A stretch of 64,000 nt of DNA, taken from positions 188,877-252,876 of the IMG/VR virus record IMGVR_UViG_3300033143_006101, one strand, 5' to 3'. Positions 30,999-41,012 of this stretch are shown here, piece by piece. The position numbers were made by a program, and so were the translations under genes. Numbering within the stretch: the first letter of the stretch is position 1; each line of letters begins with the position of its first letter. Under the pieces are notes generated by a model that was not told the origin of the DNA, did not search any database, and saw only the letters and a program-made list of their open reading frames with translations.

Positions 30999-31461
30999 AA
31001 ATTATGAAAGAATACTAAAAAGAAAACTTGCTTATTTACTTCAAACATCAGATACTTCTATTATTAATTCTCCTGCAGTACCTAAAAGTTATCTACGATT
31101 TGATGAACAAAAAGAGCAGGAAATTGTTGTATGGATCCGTCAATTACAAGGAGAGGATAAGCAACAGATCATGGATAATATAATAGACAAGTTTAATATT
31201 TCAGAAGAAGATGCTGAAAGATTGTTTTTTGTAGCTTATCCAGACGGGCTTAGTTTCCAGGAAGAAGAAAACATAAATCAGTTCGAACCAGAATTACCTC
31301 AATGCAACCAATCACAATTTATAGATGATTCAATTTCAATTATAATCGATAATCAAAACCCATCGGATTTAGTAGAAGATTATGAAATGGATCCAGAGAT
31401 TGCACGCCTTTTTATTCAATATCTAATGTATATGCTAGGCGATAGAAATATCATACAATTA

Positions 31462-31493
31462 CCTTAAAATTAGTAAAAAATTCACTATTCTTT
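31462..31493 (+). promoter_or_regulatory. Late-type promoter CCTTAA-N17-CTATTCTTT
   Basis: Motif copy upstream of the protease gene. Confidence 0.65.
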
Positions 31494-31525
31494 GAGAGAA
31501 TGTATATCAACTTAAGGAGAATTGT

Positions 31526-32422
31526 ATGGATCCGAAAACAGGTTTTGTAAGTAAAACTTATGAATATAAACAATTTCATGAGTTTTCTAATAGAGATAAG
31601 GATAAAATCGCAGAAAGTATAGAAACAAAACATGGTAGTCATTGGTTATCTCCTACTGTAGAAGATTGGATTTACGGAACTACACGAGCATTAGATTGTG
31701 GTGACTTTTATGGTAATATTAATAAAAAAGCTCTTTGGGAGCATGCAGTAAATAAGAATGCCGATTATTTTGATATAACAGAATTAGAAGATGTACATCC
31801 CGAAAAAGATATAGAACGCTATCTCACTTTCAGAACAGCTGCACTTTATAGAGATCACAAATCACAAAGCTTAGAACTTGCAATTGGATTACTTTTTGAT
31901 AGTACATTATTAAAAGATAAGTATGATGATATGCATGTAACTGCTTTGTTTGGTTTAGATAAAAAGAAAGCTCCAGCGATAGCAAGATTACTTCACGATT
32001 ATCCAACCAGAGTTGGAACCAGTATGGGATGTTCGATAAAATATTCTATTTGTACTCTATGTGGTCATGAAATTAAAAGCGATAATGATTTTTGTGATCA
32101 TTTGCTTTATAATCGAGGTGGGCGTTTTCAAGGCAAAAGAGTTGCTGAGATACTAAAAGGTGTAGATTTCTATGAGCTATCTGTAGTAAATGCACCGGCT
32201 TGTCCAACTGCTTTTGTGATTGATGCAATATCTAAAGTAGTTCCTGGACGTTTACTTAAAATTGCTAATACAAATGAAGGTTTTGCAGTAGCTCACATTA
32301 TGATGAATGTATATAATGCTATTAAAACAGCAAGTACAGTAAATGAAAAGAAAAGACTTTCTAATCAATTGGATATGTTAATAGTAAAGTTACAAGAGCT
32401 TGATGCTAAAAGAATAGCATAA
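31526..32422 (+). CDS. Prohead (capsid maturation) protease
   Basis: N.NADYF...EL, YRDH, TSMGC...SICTLCG..FCDHL, FYELSVVNAPA; lies between portal and capsid genes. Confidence 0.7.
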   Translation: MDPKTGFVSKTYEYKQFHEFSNRDKDKIAESIETKHGSHWLSPTVEDWIYGTTRALDCGDFYGNINKKALWEHAVNKNADYFDITELEDVHPEKDIERYLTFRTAALYRDHKSQSLELAIGLLFDSTLLKDKYDDMHVTALFGLDKKKAPAIARLLHDYPTRVGTSMGCSIKYSICTLCGHEIKSDNDFCDHLLYNRGGRFQGKRVAEILKGVDFYELSVVNAPACPTAFVIDAISKVVPGRLLKIANTNEGFAVAHIMMNVYNAIKTASTVNEKKRLSNQLDMLIVKLQELDAKRIA

Positions 32423-32435
32423 TTGAGTATATGCG

Positions 32436-34412
32436 ATGCCAGATGGAAAACATGACATAACAGAATTAGAAAAAGGAGATAAACATATTACCCCGGGAGT
32501 AGGGGCTGATTTATTTATTCGCAAAAAGTTACCTGGTGCTCAAATAGGTAGAGGTTACATTATTGATGTCTATGAAAATGGTGTCAAGATGGATACTCAA
32601 GAAGTTCCTACTAAAAAAGAAGTTACAGAACTTATAAGAGTATTTAAAGATAAGTATCGTACTGATAGAGCATTCCAAAATGAACTTCAAGTACATATAA
32701 CTTATAAAACTAAAGAAGAGAGAGGGGAAGTACCCGAAAAAGCTCCCGAAGAAAAAGGGAAAATACCAGAAATTGCATTAGAAAAGGAAAAAGAATTAGA
32801 AAAAGCAATTCCCCCTGTTGAAGAAGTAAAAAAAACAAAAGAGGAGAGACCTATGGCTTCAATAGATAATATCTTAATGAAACAAGCAAGTTCAATTAAT
32901 GGATTAATTTTAAGATTACTTAATCCTGAATTGCCTATTAAAGTAAGGAATGCCGAAGAACCTGTAATACCAGGACCATTAGAAACTGTTAGTAGTGTTC
33001 CTGCTACTCCGGCTACTGAAAAAGGTTATGATAATATAGAACAAGTAAAAGCATATATTGTTAATGAAATTATAACAAAATTTGCTACTTTTGTTTCTAA
33101 CCGTATTAAAGATGCTGGTGGAATAGAAGTAAAAATTGATGATCTATATAATCCTTTAAAAGGATGGTATGGTGCATTAGGTAGAGCTATTGAAGACTGG
33201 AATAGAATGAGTAAAGGTGCTTTTGTTAAACAGGATATTGAAGATATTGTTGTTGAAACAGAAAAAATATTGTTATCTAAGGATCCAACGTTAATTTCTA
33301 ACAAATCTGGGGTACAAGTAGATCAACGTGTTGCAGATTTAATGTATGAAGTTGGATCTAAAAGTGTAGGGCAAAAAGGGGATGCCGAACAAGGTGGAGA
33401 ATTAGGTGGTGATCCAGCAACTTCTAGAAAAGCTAGTGAGGATGAAGGTGAAAAATATGAGCCTACTGAAGAAGATAAATTGTATGAGTTTACTCGTCAA
33501 ATTCAAATAAACGGAATTATGGAACCAATAGAAGCAATAGCTCAGAATTTAAATTTAAAAGACTCTTCAATGTTAATGTCTTTTTATAAGATACTTAATA
33601 AAAAATCTGCATTGAATGAATCAGAAACTATTGCTAAACGATGGATTGAAGAAGAACTTCATAATAAAAAACAAGAAGTAGAAAAGTATGAAAGTCATGT
33701 AAAAGATTTTTGGAAGTATGCTGAAACAATTGAAGGTGAAATGCAAATTGATGAAGCATTTTTAAGTTGGTTACCTGATAATAAATTTTCATCTATGGAT
33801 GTACAAGAAATTTGGAATAGAGTCTATGATGATGTTGTAAATGTTTTCTTCAAGAAAGAAGCAGCTCTTTATTTAAGTAGTTCTGTAATAGAAAGCTTAT
33901 TTCCTGGAACTATGAGTGCAATAGGGGAAACAATAACTACTGCAGTAGCAGAAGGAGTAGATCTTAATAGTTTTAAAGATATGATAGATCAATCGGGTTT
34001 AATACAAACCATGCTTAGTGAAGCTTCCGGTATTGTTTTACAAAATGGATTAGCTATTGCTAGTAGATTTATAGAAGCTGGGAAAGGAGAAAGCGAATCT
34101 GAAATAGTTGAAAAAGTACAGCATGCTGCGGAACATAGCAATGTAGTTCAAGGAATAACATCTTTCTTGCAAAGTTATTTTGGTGATTTATATAAAGCTG
34201 GAAAACGAGAATATAGAGCATATCTTATGGAAGTAATGAATCAAATTAAGAATGCTTTAGATCAAAATTGGGATGCAATTACAGCTGAATTTGAAACAAA
34301 TATAAGACAACATATACGCGAAGCTACAGGTACATCAGAAGAGGCCCCCGCAGAAGAAACCCCTGCAGAGGCTGTTCCTACAGAAGTACCTACAGAAGGT
34401 GTCAGAGTTTAG
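32436..34412 (+). CDS. Large head-module protein
   Basis: 658 aa; shares a KDFWK(Y/F)A domain with 35182-35700. Confidence 0.5.
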   Translation: MPDGKHDITELEKGDKHITPGVGADLFIRKKLPGAQIGRGYIIDVYENGVKMDTQEVPTKKEVTELIRVFKDKYRTDRAFQNELQVHITYKTKEERGEVPEKAPEEKGKIPEIALEKEKELEKAIPPVEEVKKTKEERPMASIDNILMKQASSINGLILRLLNPELPIKVRNAEEPVIPGPLETVSSVPATPATEKGYDNIEQVKAYIVNEIITKFATFVSNRIKDAGGIEVKIDDLYNPLKGWYGALGRAIEDWNRMSKGAFVKQDIEDIVVETEKILLSKDPTLISNKSGVQVDQRVADLMYEVGSKSVGQKGDAEQGGELGGDPATSRKASEDEGEKYEPTEEDKLYEFTRQIQINGIMEPIEAIAQNLNLKDSSMLMSFYKILNKKSALNESETIAKRWIEEELHNKKQEVEKYESHVKDFWKYAETIEGEMQIDEAFLSWLPDNKFSSMDVQEIWNRVYDDVVNVFFKKEAALYLSSSVIESLFPGTMSAIGETITTAVAEGVDLNSFKDMIDQSGLIQTMLSEASGIVLQNGLAIASRFIEAGKGESESEIVEKVQHAAEHSNVVQGITSFLQSYFGDLYKAGKREYRAYLMEVMNQIKNALDQNWDAITAEFETNIRQHIREATGTSEEAPAEETPAEAVPTEVPTEGVRV

Positions 34413-35050
34413 TTTGCGATATTAATGATTTTTACTTTTTGCGGTTGAAAATTTAAACATTCTAATACTTTTCTAGTAAAATTATCTTCAATAGGTTCAG
34501 TAGTAATATATTCTATTAGATTTTCAATATCTTTAAATGTTTGTGCTTCCTTATCAAAGGACATACTCAAAAAATAATCTACATGAGTAAACTCTAATAC
34601 TGAAATATCAATACCAGAAAGTCTTATAAATTCCTGTATATCTTTTATATAAATTCTAATATATGATTTCTCTTTTATAAAAACTATTGTTATTATCTCA
34701 CCTTTATCTTTCTTTTCCCTCATAAAAAATTCTGGATGCACATCAATAGTAGGAGACTCAGCTAATACTTTTTTCATTATTCGTTCTAAATAAGCTATAG
34801 TATAATCAAAACTCGCTTCTTTAGTTATATGTTTCCAGGTATTTTTATACGTATCTAAAAACGGATCATACGAATATCCACCATAATGTACACGAGCAAA
34901 CCATTCTTCTGGAACATTTTCGGCATGAATTAAAGGTTGTATCTTAGTATGAAGTTCTTCTATTTTTGCGATAAGTTTTAATATAAACATGTCTTGTGTA
35001 TTGCTTCTTTTGTGCACTATTTCCGACAACTTAATGAGATTATTGTTCAC
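34409..35050 (-). CDS. Hypothetical protein, antisense insertion in the head operon
   Basis: 213-aa ORF with its own TTGACA-17-TATATT promoter. Confidence 0.6.
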   Translation of the reverse strand: MNNNLIKLSEIVHKRSNTQDMFILKLIAKIEELHTKIQPLIHAENVPEEWFARVHYGGYSYDPFLDTYKNTWKHITKEASFDYTIAYLERIMKKVLAESPTIDVHPEFFMREKKDKGEIITIVFIKEKSYIRIYIKDIQEFIRLSGIDISVLEFTHVDYFLSMSFDKEAQTFKDIENLIEYITTEPIEDNFTRKVLECLNFQPQKVKIINIAN

Positions 35051-35080
35051 ATTACCCCCTTTTAATTAATATATACATCT

Positions 35081-35109
35081 AATATACATTAGTTTAAAAC
35101 CAATGTCAA
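35081..35109 (-). promoter_or_regulatory. Host sigma70-type promoter TTGACA-N17-TATATT
   Basis: Consensus -35, 17-nt spacer. Confidence 0.75.
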
Positions 35110-35126
35110 CTTTTTTTGTACAAATA

Positions 35127-35158
35127 CCTTAAATTTTTTAAAAATCTTTCTAATATTT
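35127..35158 (+). promoter_or_regulatory. Late-type promoter CCTTAA-N17-CTAATATTT
   Basis: Motif copy. Confidence 0.7.
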
Positions 35159-35181
35159 TAATACTATGTGCAAATAGGGGT

Positions 35182-35700
35182 ATGCTAATGTTAAACAATA
35201 AAATTATTGATGCTTATGCTAAAGATTTTTGGAAGTTTGCTAGTACAACTAAAGGTACACATCAAATAGAAGATATTTTTTTTGAGTGGGCAAAAGAAGC
35301 TAACATAACGTTTGCTGAATTTGAAATAGTTTGGGGAAAAGTAAATGCTGATGCATATCAAGCTTTTGGTATGAAAGAAGCATATAATAAACAACAATTA
35401 TTACAAGATCTTATTCAAAATTATAATAAATATTTATTTGGAATAGGAAAAGAAGAAGACATAAGTGCACCTCCTATCATTGAAGAAGAACAACTTCCAG
35501 AAGAACCAATTGAAGAAGACAAACCAGAAATGTCTATGGACGAAGATGAATTAAGATCAGACGTTGGAGAATCAATACCAGAAACTTCTCCCGGTGCCGA
35601 TGAAGGTATTGGAAGAAGACCAAAAATGGTAACTAGTCCAGCAGAAGCTGGAGAAGAAAATTTAGTTGGCTCACTTAAAGTAAACTTTGACGAACGTTAA
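35182..35700 (+). CDS. Acidic head-module protein
   Basis: AGGGG RBS; KDFWKFA domain. Confidence 0.55.
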   Translation: MLMLNNKIIDAYAKDFWKFASTTKGTHQIEDIFFEWAKEANITFAEFEIVWGKVNADAYQAFGMKEAYNKQQLLQDLIQNYNKYLFGIGKEEDISAPPIIEEEQLPEEPIEEDKPEMSMDEDELRSDVGESIPETSPGADEGIGRRPKMVTSPAEAGEENLVGSLKVNFDER

Positions 35701-35750
35701 TTAATACACCGTTATTACTACCTACCTTATTAACTTTTTGAGCTCGATAT

Positions 35751-35782
35751 CCTTAAATTTTTGAGTGCGTTTTCTATATTTT
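35751..35782 (+). promoter_or_regulatory. Late-type promoter CCTTAA-N17-CTATATTTT
   Basis: Motif copy upstream of the scaffold/capsid genes. Confidence 0.7.
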
Positions 35783-35796
35783 AATCAGATTAAAAT

Positions 35797-38121
35797 ATGG
35801 GGAGAGCTATGCCTGATCCGTTAGATACAGCTAGTACATTTCAGGAAATGCCTTCGTTACATGGAGAAGGTAGTCAAACACCACCTGATCCATCAAAAGC
35901 TACTGGAGCACCAACTCCTATTGGTTCGGGTAAACCAATAACACCAGCAGGAAAACCTGGAGCACCACCTATGGGTGGAGCACCTGGTGGAGCGGGGATG
36001 CTCGGAGCAAAACCTGGGGCACCAAAACCTCCTGCAATATCTCCCGAAGAACAACTCAACTATGATTCACTTGATACGTTGAGGCAAGATATAACTAGAT
36101 TAATGAGAAATGATGAGATTGAAGATCTTGATTCATTAGTTGATAGATTACTAAATGAAGATTGGAGAGTTGAGAGAATAACAGACTTAATGGATTTTCG
36201 CAACTTTTCTACAGTTCAGGAATTATTTCAAGATGCCTTAAGTAAAAGCTATAAAGAAGAAGAGGAGAAGAAGAAACAAATGGGAGCACCACCACCCGCA
36301 GGTGGAACACCTCCTGGTGGAATGGGGGGCATTCCCATTGAACCTCCTAAAAAACCGGATAATGATCTAACGGGGCAAAACATGCCAAAACCGGAAGCGA
36401 ATACAAAAGGAATTATAAAAGAAGGTGTAGATCCTTTAGAAGCAAGTACTAAAAATCTAAATGTGAGGAGTGGACTTATGAAAAAAGTACTACTGAAAGA
36501 TGGTACTCTTGTAGTCAAGGAAGCAGCTTCTGCTTCTGAAGTAATTGAGGGTATCTCATCAGCAAGACGTAGAGTAGAAGCACTTATAGACGATTATAAA
36601 GATGCTTATTTAAGACATGCCGGACTTGAAGCACTTAAGAAAGAAGGCATGGGTCCTTTTGGAGACATGGGACCAGGTGGGCCTCCTGGTGGGCCTGACA
36701 TAGGCGGTGGTTTAGATCTTGGTGGACCAGATATGGGTGAACCGGATCTTGGTGGAGTATCGGGGCTTGAAGATATAGTAGGGGCTCTTAAAGATGCTAT
36801 CCAGAAACTTACCGATTGGCTTTCAAAAGGTAAAGACACTAAGAAAGACGAGGCTCTTCCTGCAGCTGATGCCGGAGATCTCGAAGATGAAATGGGTAAA
36901 GCTAAAGAACCTATGGACAAAGCAAAAGGTATTTTATCAGGACCTCCAAAGAAGAAAGACGAGGATTCCGAAGATAAAGATAAGGACAAAGATAAGAAAG
37001 AAGAAGCCGGAACTGAAGGCGATACTAAGCAAGCAGTAGCTGGTGATGCAAAGGGTGAGAATACTCCTGTTGGTTCAGATGCACCAATGAAAGTAACTAT
37101 GGGAGAAACAAAACCACCTGGAGATTCAGGACAAACTAGTAAGGAGAAAACTCAAATGAAAGATGGAGAAGGCGGAGTAAAAAAGGCTGATTTAGACGAA
37201 GTTGTAGAAACTGTTGTTGAGCGTGTTGTTGATGACGCGACTGCACCGACAGAAACTACACCGGATCCTGCACCAGAGACTACTTCTATGGAAGCAGCAC
37301 CTGAGGGTGGGGAAGGCGATGTAGCAGAACCTATTACAGCAGCGACTATCGTTGATCAGTTAGAAACACGTTTAGCAGAGCTTAAGAAAGAAGCAAATCT
37401 CTATCCATTCAAAGACCTCAACAAACAGCAAGTAGATCCTATTAACGCACAGACTGCATCAGATCAAGCATCAACAATTAACACAGAAATATCTGGTGGA
37501 AACCATGCAACTAAAGAACCTCAGCGTGGGGAAACTTTAGCACCTGGTGATATTTCAACAACTAATCCTACAGTTGGACAGGGCAATCCATCAGAAGCAC
37601 CAAACAGTAAAACTGTTAATGCTCCTGCGGCAGGCAAAGTTTCTGTTGAAGTAGCTGAGAAGATTCGTCAGTCAAGTGTTGAGAATGAAAGAGCTAAAGC
37701 AAAACTTTCTGTTGAGCTTGCATGCCAGCAGCAACTTAAGGGACTTATTGATAATCCTTTGAGAGTGGCAATGGTTAAGAATATGATTGAAGCAGGAATT
37801 GCTGAAGCATCTGCTGAAGCTATCGCATTCAACTCTTTCTTAGATGGATATGAGGAATCACAAAAACTTGTTATGAAGGAAGCTTTTGAAGAATTCATGA
37901 CCAAGGATATTGATGAGTTTATTAAAATAGCGAAAGTTACTAAAGAACATAGAGTAAAAGAAGGCTCCCAAGCGTCTGTAGAGAACGTAGAAGAAGGAAC
38001 ACGAAATAAAACCGCGAGTTTAGATTCAGCACCTCTGAGAGGATCTCAACCAAATAAGGGTCGTAAAGAGGATTATAGCAAATATTGGACAGATGTCGCT
38101 CGTGAAAGAAGAAATTGGTAA
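35797..38121 (+). CDS. Probable scaffolding/core protein
   Basis: 774-aa low-complexity Pro/Gly/acidic protein preceding the decoration and capsid genes. Confidence 0.55.
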   Translation: MGRAMPDPLDTASTFQEMPSLHGEGSQTPPDPSKATGAPTPIGSGKPITPAGKPGAPPMGGAPGGAGMLGAKPGAPKPPAISPEEQLNYDSLDTLRQDITRLMRNDEIEDLDSLVDRLLNEDWRVERITDLMDFRNFSTVQELFQDALSKSYKEEEEKKKQMGAPPPAGGTPPGGMGGIPIEPPKKPDNDLTGQNMPKPEANTKGIIKEGVDPLEASTKNLNVRSGLMKKVLLKDGTLVVKEAASASEVIEGISSARRRVEALIDDYKDAYLRHAGLEALKKEGMGPFGDMGPGGPPGGPDIGGGLDLGGPDMGEPDLGGVSGLEDIVGALKDAIQKLTDWLSKGKDTKKDEALPAADAGDLEDEMGKAKEPMDKAKGILSGPPKKKDEDSEDKDKDKDKKEEAGTEGDTKQAVAGDAKGENTPVGSDAPMKVTMGETKPPGDSGQTSKEKTQMKDGEGGVKKADLDEVVETVVERVVDDATAPTETTPDPAPETTSMEAAPEGGEGDVAEPITAATIVDQLETRLAELKKEANLYPFKDLNKQQVDPINAQTASDQASTINTEISGGNHATKEPQRGETLAPGDISTTNPTVGQGNPSEAPNSKTVNAPAAGKVSVEVAEKIRQSSVENERAKAKLSVELACQQQLKGLIDNPLRVAMVKNMIEAGIAEASAEAIAFNSFLDGYEESQKLVMKEAFEEFMTKDIDEFIKIAKVTKEHRVKEGSQASVENVEEGTRNKTASLDSAPLRGSQPNKGRKEDYSKYWTDVARERRNW

Positions 38122-38145
38122 TCACTTTATTAGGAGGAAATTATT

Positions 38146-38847
38146 ATGAGTACAGACTTAGCACCAATAGGTCGTCGTGGAATAGTTAATTCAGCAAGAA
38201 AACTTAGTCAGTTCGCCAAGCCTGGTTACATGTGGAGAGATGCAAGTGCAGTTTTCCAACAAGGTATGGTAGCTACTAAGGGAAGTGACGGAGAGCTTGA
38301 AGTTGCTTCAAGTACAAGCAAGATTCTTACAGGTATCTTCAATTGCCATAAGGCAAGTACTTTTAAGAGACCTGTAGTAGAAGAATCAATCACTTTTACA
38401 GGAGCATTAAGTGTTATTTCATTAGCACATCCTAATGTTTCTAAAGTAGTTGTAAACAAAGTATCCGATGGTTCAGCATATACTGTAACAACACATTATA
38501 CAGTACAGGCTGCTGCAGGTACCATTACACATGTTGGTACTATCGGCAACACAGAAACAGTTAATGTTTCTTATCTTTATGAAGATCCAGATCTTGCTGC
38601 TCTTGATCAGACTCAAAAATCAAGAAAAGCATCTATCCTTGCGGATGGTGAGATTGCTCTCAAGATTTATGATACTTCTAAGATCATGACTGATTCAGGC
38701 GGATATGACGAAAATGTAAAAGTAACTTGTGATGATGACGGATTAGTTACAACAGGTGGTAGTATTCAGCTTGGTTATGTTACTAAGCCACCTACATCTG
38801 GAGATCCAGAATTACACATTATGTTAGATATAGTTTCAACATTCTAA
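38146..38847 (+). CDS. Capsid decoration/cement-like protein (paralogue 1)
   Basis: Upstream of MCP; GYVTKPPTSGDPELH C-terminus. Confidence 0.6.
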   Translation: MSTDLAPIGRRGIVNSARKLSQFAKPGYMWRDASAVFQQGMVATKGSDGELEVASSTSKILTGIFNCHKASTFKRPVVEESITFTGALSVISLAHPNVSKVVVNKVSDGSAYTVTTHYTVQAAAGTITHVGTIGNTETVNVSYLYEDPDLAALDQTQKSRKASILADGEIALKIYDTSKIMTDSGGYDENVKVTCDDDGLVTTGGSIQLGYVTKPPTSGDPELHIMLDIVSTF

Positions 38848-38982
38848 CATGGCTTAAAACGAATTTAATCATCTGTATTTGATGTGTATTGTTTTCGATT
38901 TATAGAAATACCTCTTTAAGTACTAATAACGAAACGATCAGAAAGAGGATTACTAACTAAGGAGTAAAAGGAGACATAAACA

Positions 38983-39678
38983 GTGAGCAATGTAATAATG
39001 CCACCAGTAGGGAGACATGGAATTGTTAACTCTGTTCGCAGAATAACAGGAAATGTAGTTCCAGGCTGGAGGGCAGTTGACCCAGAGTCCCAGTTTATAG
39101 CTGGTTACATAGCTGCACTTAACGATCAAGGAAAAGTTACGGTGGCAGATGCCGATAGCGAAAATCTTCTCGGCTTATTTAACTGCCACAAAACTTTAAA
39201 CTTTTATGTTCCTGTTGAGGGAGAAGAAGGAACTTTTACAGGAGTAGGATCCTACATAGCAATTACTAACGCTTATATTAAAGAAAATTATGAGCGAGTA
39301 CTAAGTGCCGATAGGGAAACACTTTATGTAAGGGATACTGATTATACCATGAATTACACGAATGGTTTAATCACTCATACTTCAACAGGAAGCATTGGGT
39401 CTACAGATACAATTCTACTTAATTATACGTATCGAGATCCCAATGTTAGTGGACTTGATCAAACGCTATCTGGTTTTTGTTCTATTATAGAAGGAGACGG
39501 TGAAGTTGCCACTCTAGTTTATGACACCAGTGCTGCTTGGCGAGTAAATGTGGATTTAAGAGTAGGTGTAGATGGAATACCCACAACTAGTGGAGAAGGT
39601 AAGAAACTTGGATTTGTTACTAAACCTCCCACAGCTGGGGATCCGGAACTACACTTTCAAATGAGACTTACTACGTAA
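38983..39678 (+). CDS. Capsid decoration/cement-like protein (paralogue 2)
   Basis: PVGRHGIVNS, GLFNCHK and GFVTKPPTAGDPELH are shared with paralogue 1. Confidence 0.6.
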   Translation: MSNVIMPPVGRHGIVNSVRRITGNVVPGWRAVDPESQFIAGYIAALNDQGKVTVADADSENLLGLFNCHKTLNFYVPVEGEEGTFTGVGSYIAITNAYIKENYERVLSADRETLYVRDTDYTMNYTNGLITHTSTGSIGSTDTILLNYTYRDPNVSGLDQTLSGFCSIIEGDGEVATLVYDTSAAWRVNVDLRVGVDGIPTTSGEGKKLGFVTKPPTAGDPELHFQMRLTT

Positions 39679-39702
39679 AATTTTAAAGAGGAGAATGCAA
39701 TT

Positions 39703-40866
39703 ATGTGGGCAGAAGGAATTGAAAGAAAGTCCGTGGCAAATGTTACTCCAAGTAAATATGATGAGAGACTTCTTAATCCTAAAGCTTTCGGTGGAATGAA
39801 TACTGCAGGTAAGCACACTGCTTCTGCAGAAGACATGTTTAACTCTAAGGGAGAACTTAATGCTTATAGCAAAGAAGACGCTATAAATCAGCAAATGAGA
39901 TTCGCTCAACTTAGAGCTAATTACCAAAGACCTGGAAAACAAGCCCAGTCTTACTTCACACCAGAAGAAAGACAAAGAATAGTTGAATCCGTTTTTGCTG
40001 CTGATGAGCAGGAAAGACTTAGATTCGGTGCGGAGATGATCCCATTGATTCTTGACAGATTGGACTATGAAGGTTTTATTCGTCAGGTTTTTAGAACCCA
40101 TCAACTTGCACAAGGACAGATTAACTCCTATGAAAAGGACGTTAATGTTACTGCTCTTGTAATACATGAAGATGGTCAGACAATCGAAAGCGTAGTTAAA
40201 GGTAATAGAATTTTCCCACCAGAATTCTTAGTAACAGCAATGCCAAAAATTACTATCTCTGAAATCGCAACACGTCAATACGACATAGTAGATAGAACAC
40301 ATGACAAGACTACTTTCCAAATCATGCTAACTGAGGACAGAAATGGTCTTAGAGAATTGTATCAGTCAGCTACATTAGAGAACTCACTAATTAACGTGAC
40401 TTCAACAATTAGCAAGAGTGTTCTTGAAACACTACAATACGAAGTCGAAAGACACAGATTGCTCGTTGATAAGTTTATTATGAACAGAGCTGAACTTGGT
40501 GACTTGAAGAAAAATATTAACGCAATTGATTACGATCCAATCACATCTCGTGACCTGTTATTAACAGGTATATTTGGATCAATCTGGGGAGTTAACATCT
40601 ATGTAACAGCTGGTGTTGACGAAGCAGGTATTGAAAACGTATCTGTACCAGAAGGAATGATCTTCGCAGTAACAGAAGGAAGATATTTAGGAGCAATGCC
40701 TATTAGGGTTGACCTTACTGTACTTCCTGCAGATCAATTCATTTTTGGAGCACCTCAATATGGTTGGTTGTTCGTTGAGCAAATTTCTCAAGTTGTTGTT
40801 AATCCAAGATCTGTAGCGTGTGCCGTTAAGAGCAGTGCGACCGTGCCTCAGTGGATGAGTGCATAG
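39703..40866 (+). CDS. Major capsid protein (HK97-like)
   Basis: 387 aa, highly expressed-type codons, RLDYEGFIRQ / PEF...P.I...EI..RQYDIVDR / GIFGSIWGVNI pattern; followed by a strong terminator. Confidence 0.85.
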   Translation: MWAEGIERKSVANVTPSKYDERLLNPKAFGGMNTAGKHTASAEDMFNSKGELNAYSKEDAINQQMRFAQLRANYQRPGKQAQSYFTPEERQRIVESVFAADEQERLRFGAEMIPLILDRLDYEGFIRQVFRTHQLAQGQINSYEKDVNVTALVIHEDGQTIESVVKGNRIFPPEFLVTAMPKITISEIATRQYDIVDRTHDKTTFQIMLTEDRNGLRELYQSATLENSLINVTSTISKSVLETLQYEVERHRLLVDKFIMNRAELGDLKKNINAIDYDPITSRDLLLTGIFGSIWGVNIYVTAGVDEAGIENVSVPEGMIFAVTEGRYLGAMPIRVDLTVLPADQFIFGAPQYGWLFVEQISQVVVNPRSVACAVKSSATVPQWMSA

Positions 40867-40899
40867 CCAATATCTGACCAGTAATTAAATTTGTAAAAT

Positions 40900-40931
40900 A
40901 AAACATCCTCTCAAATAGAGAGGATGTTTTT
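40900..40931 (+). terminator. Intrinsic terminator after MCP
   Basis: AAAACATCCTCTC-aaata-GAGAGGATGTTTT. Confidence 0.85.
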
Positions 40932-41012
40932 AGTTAGATGTTATAAAAATACAAAGAAGTGCGAAAAATAAAAATTCTTGACAATGACATATAATAAATA
41001 TTAAAAAGTATA

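Noticed and set aside
35874-40167. Minus-strand ORFs opposite the scaffold, decoration and capsid genes
   Set aside because: Antisense shadows of GC-richer coding sequence with no recognisable motifs.
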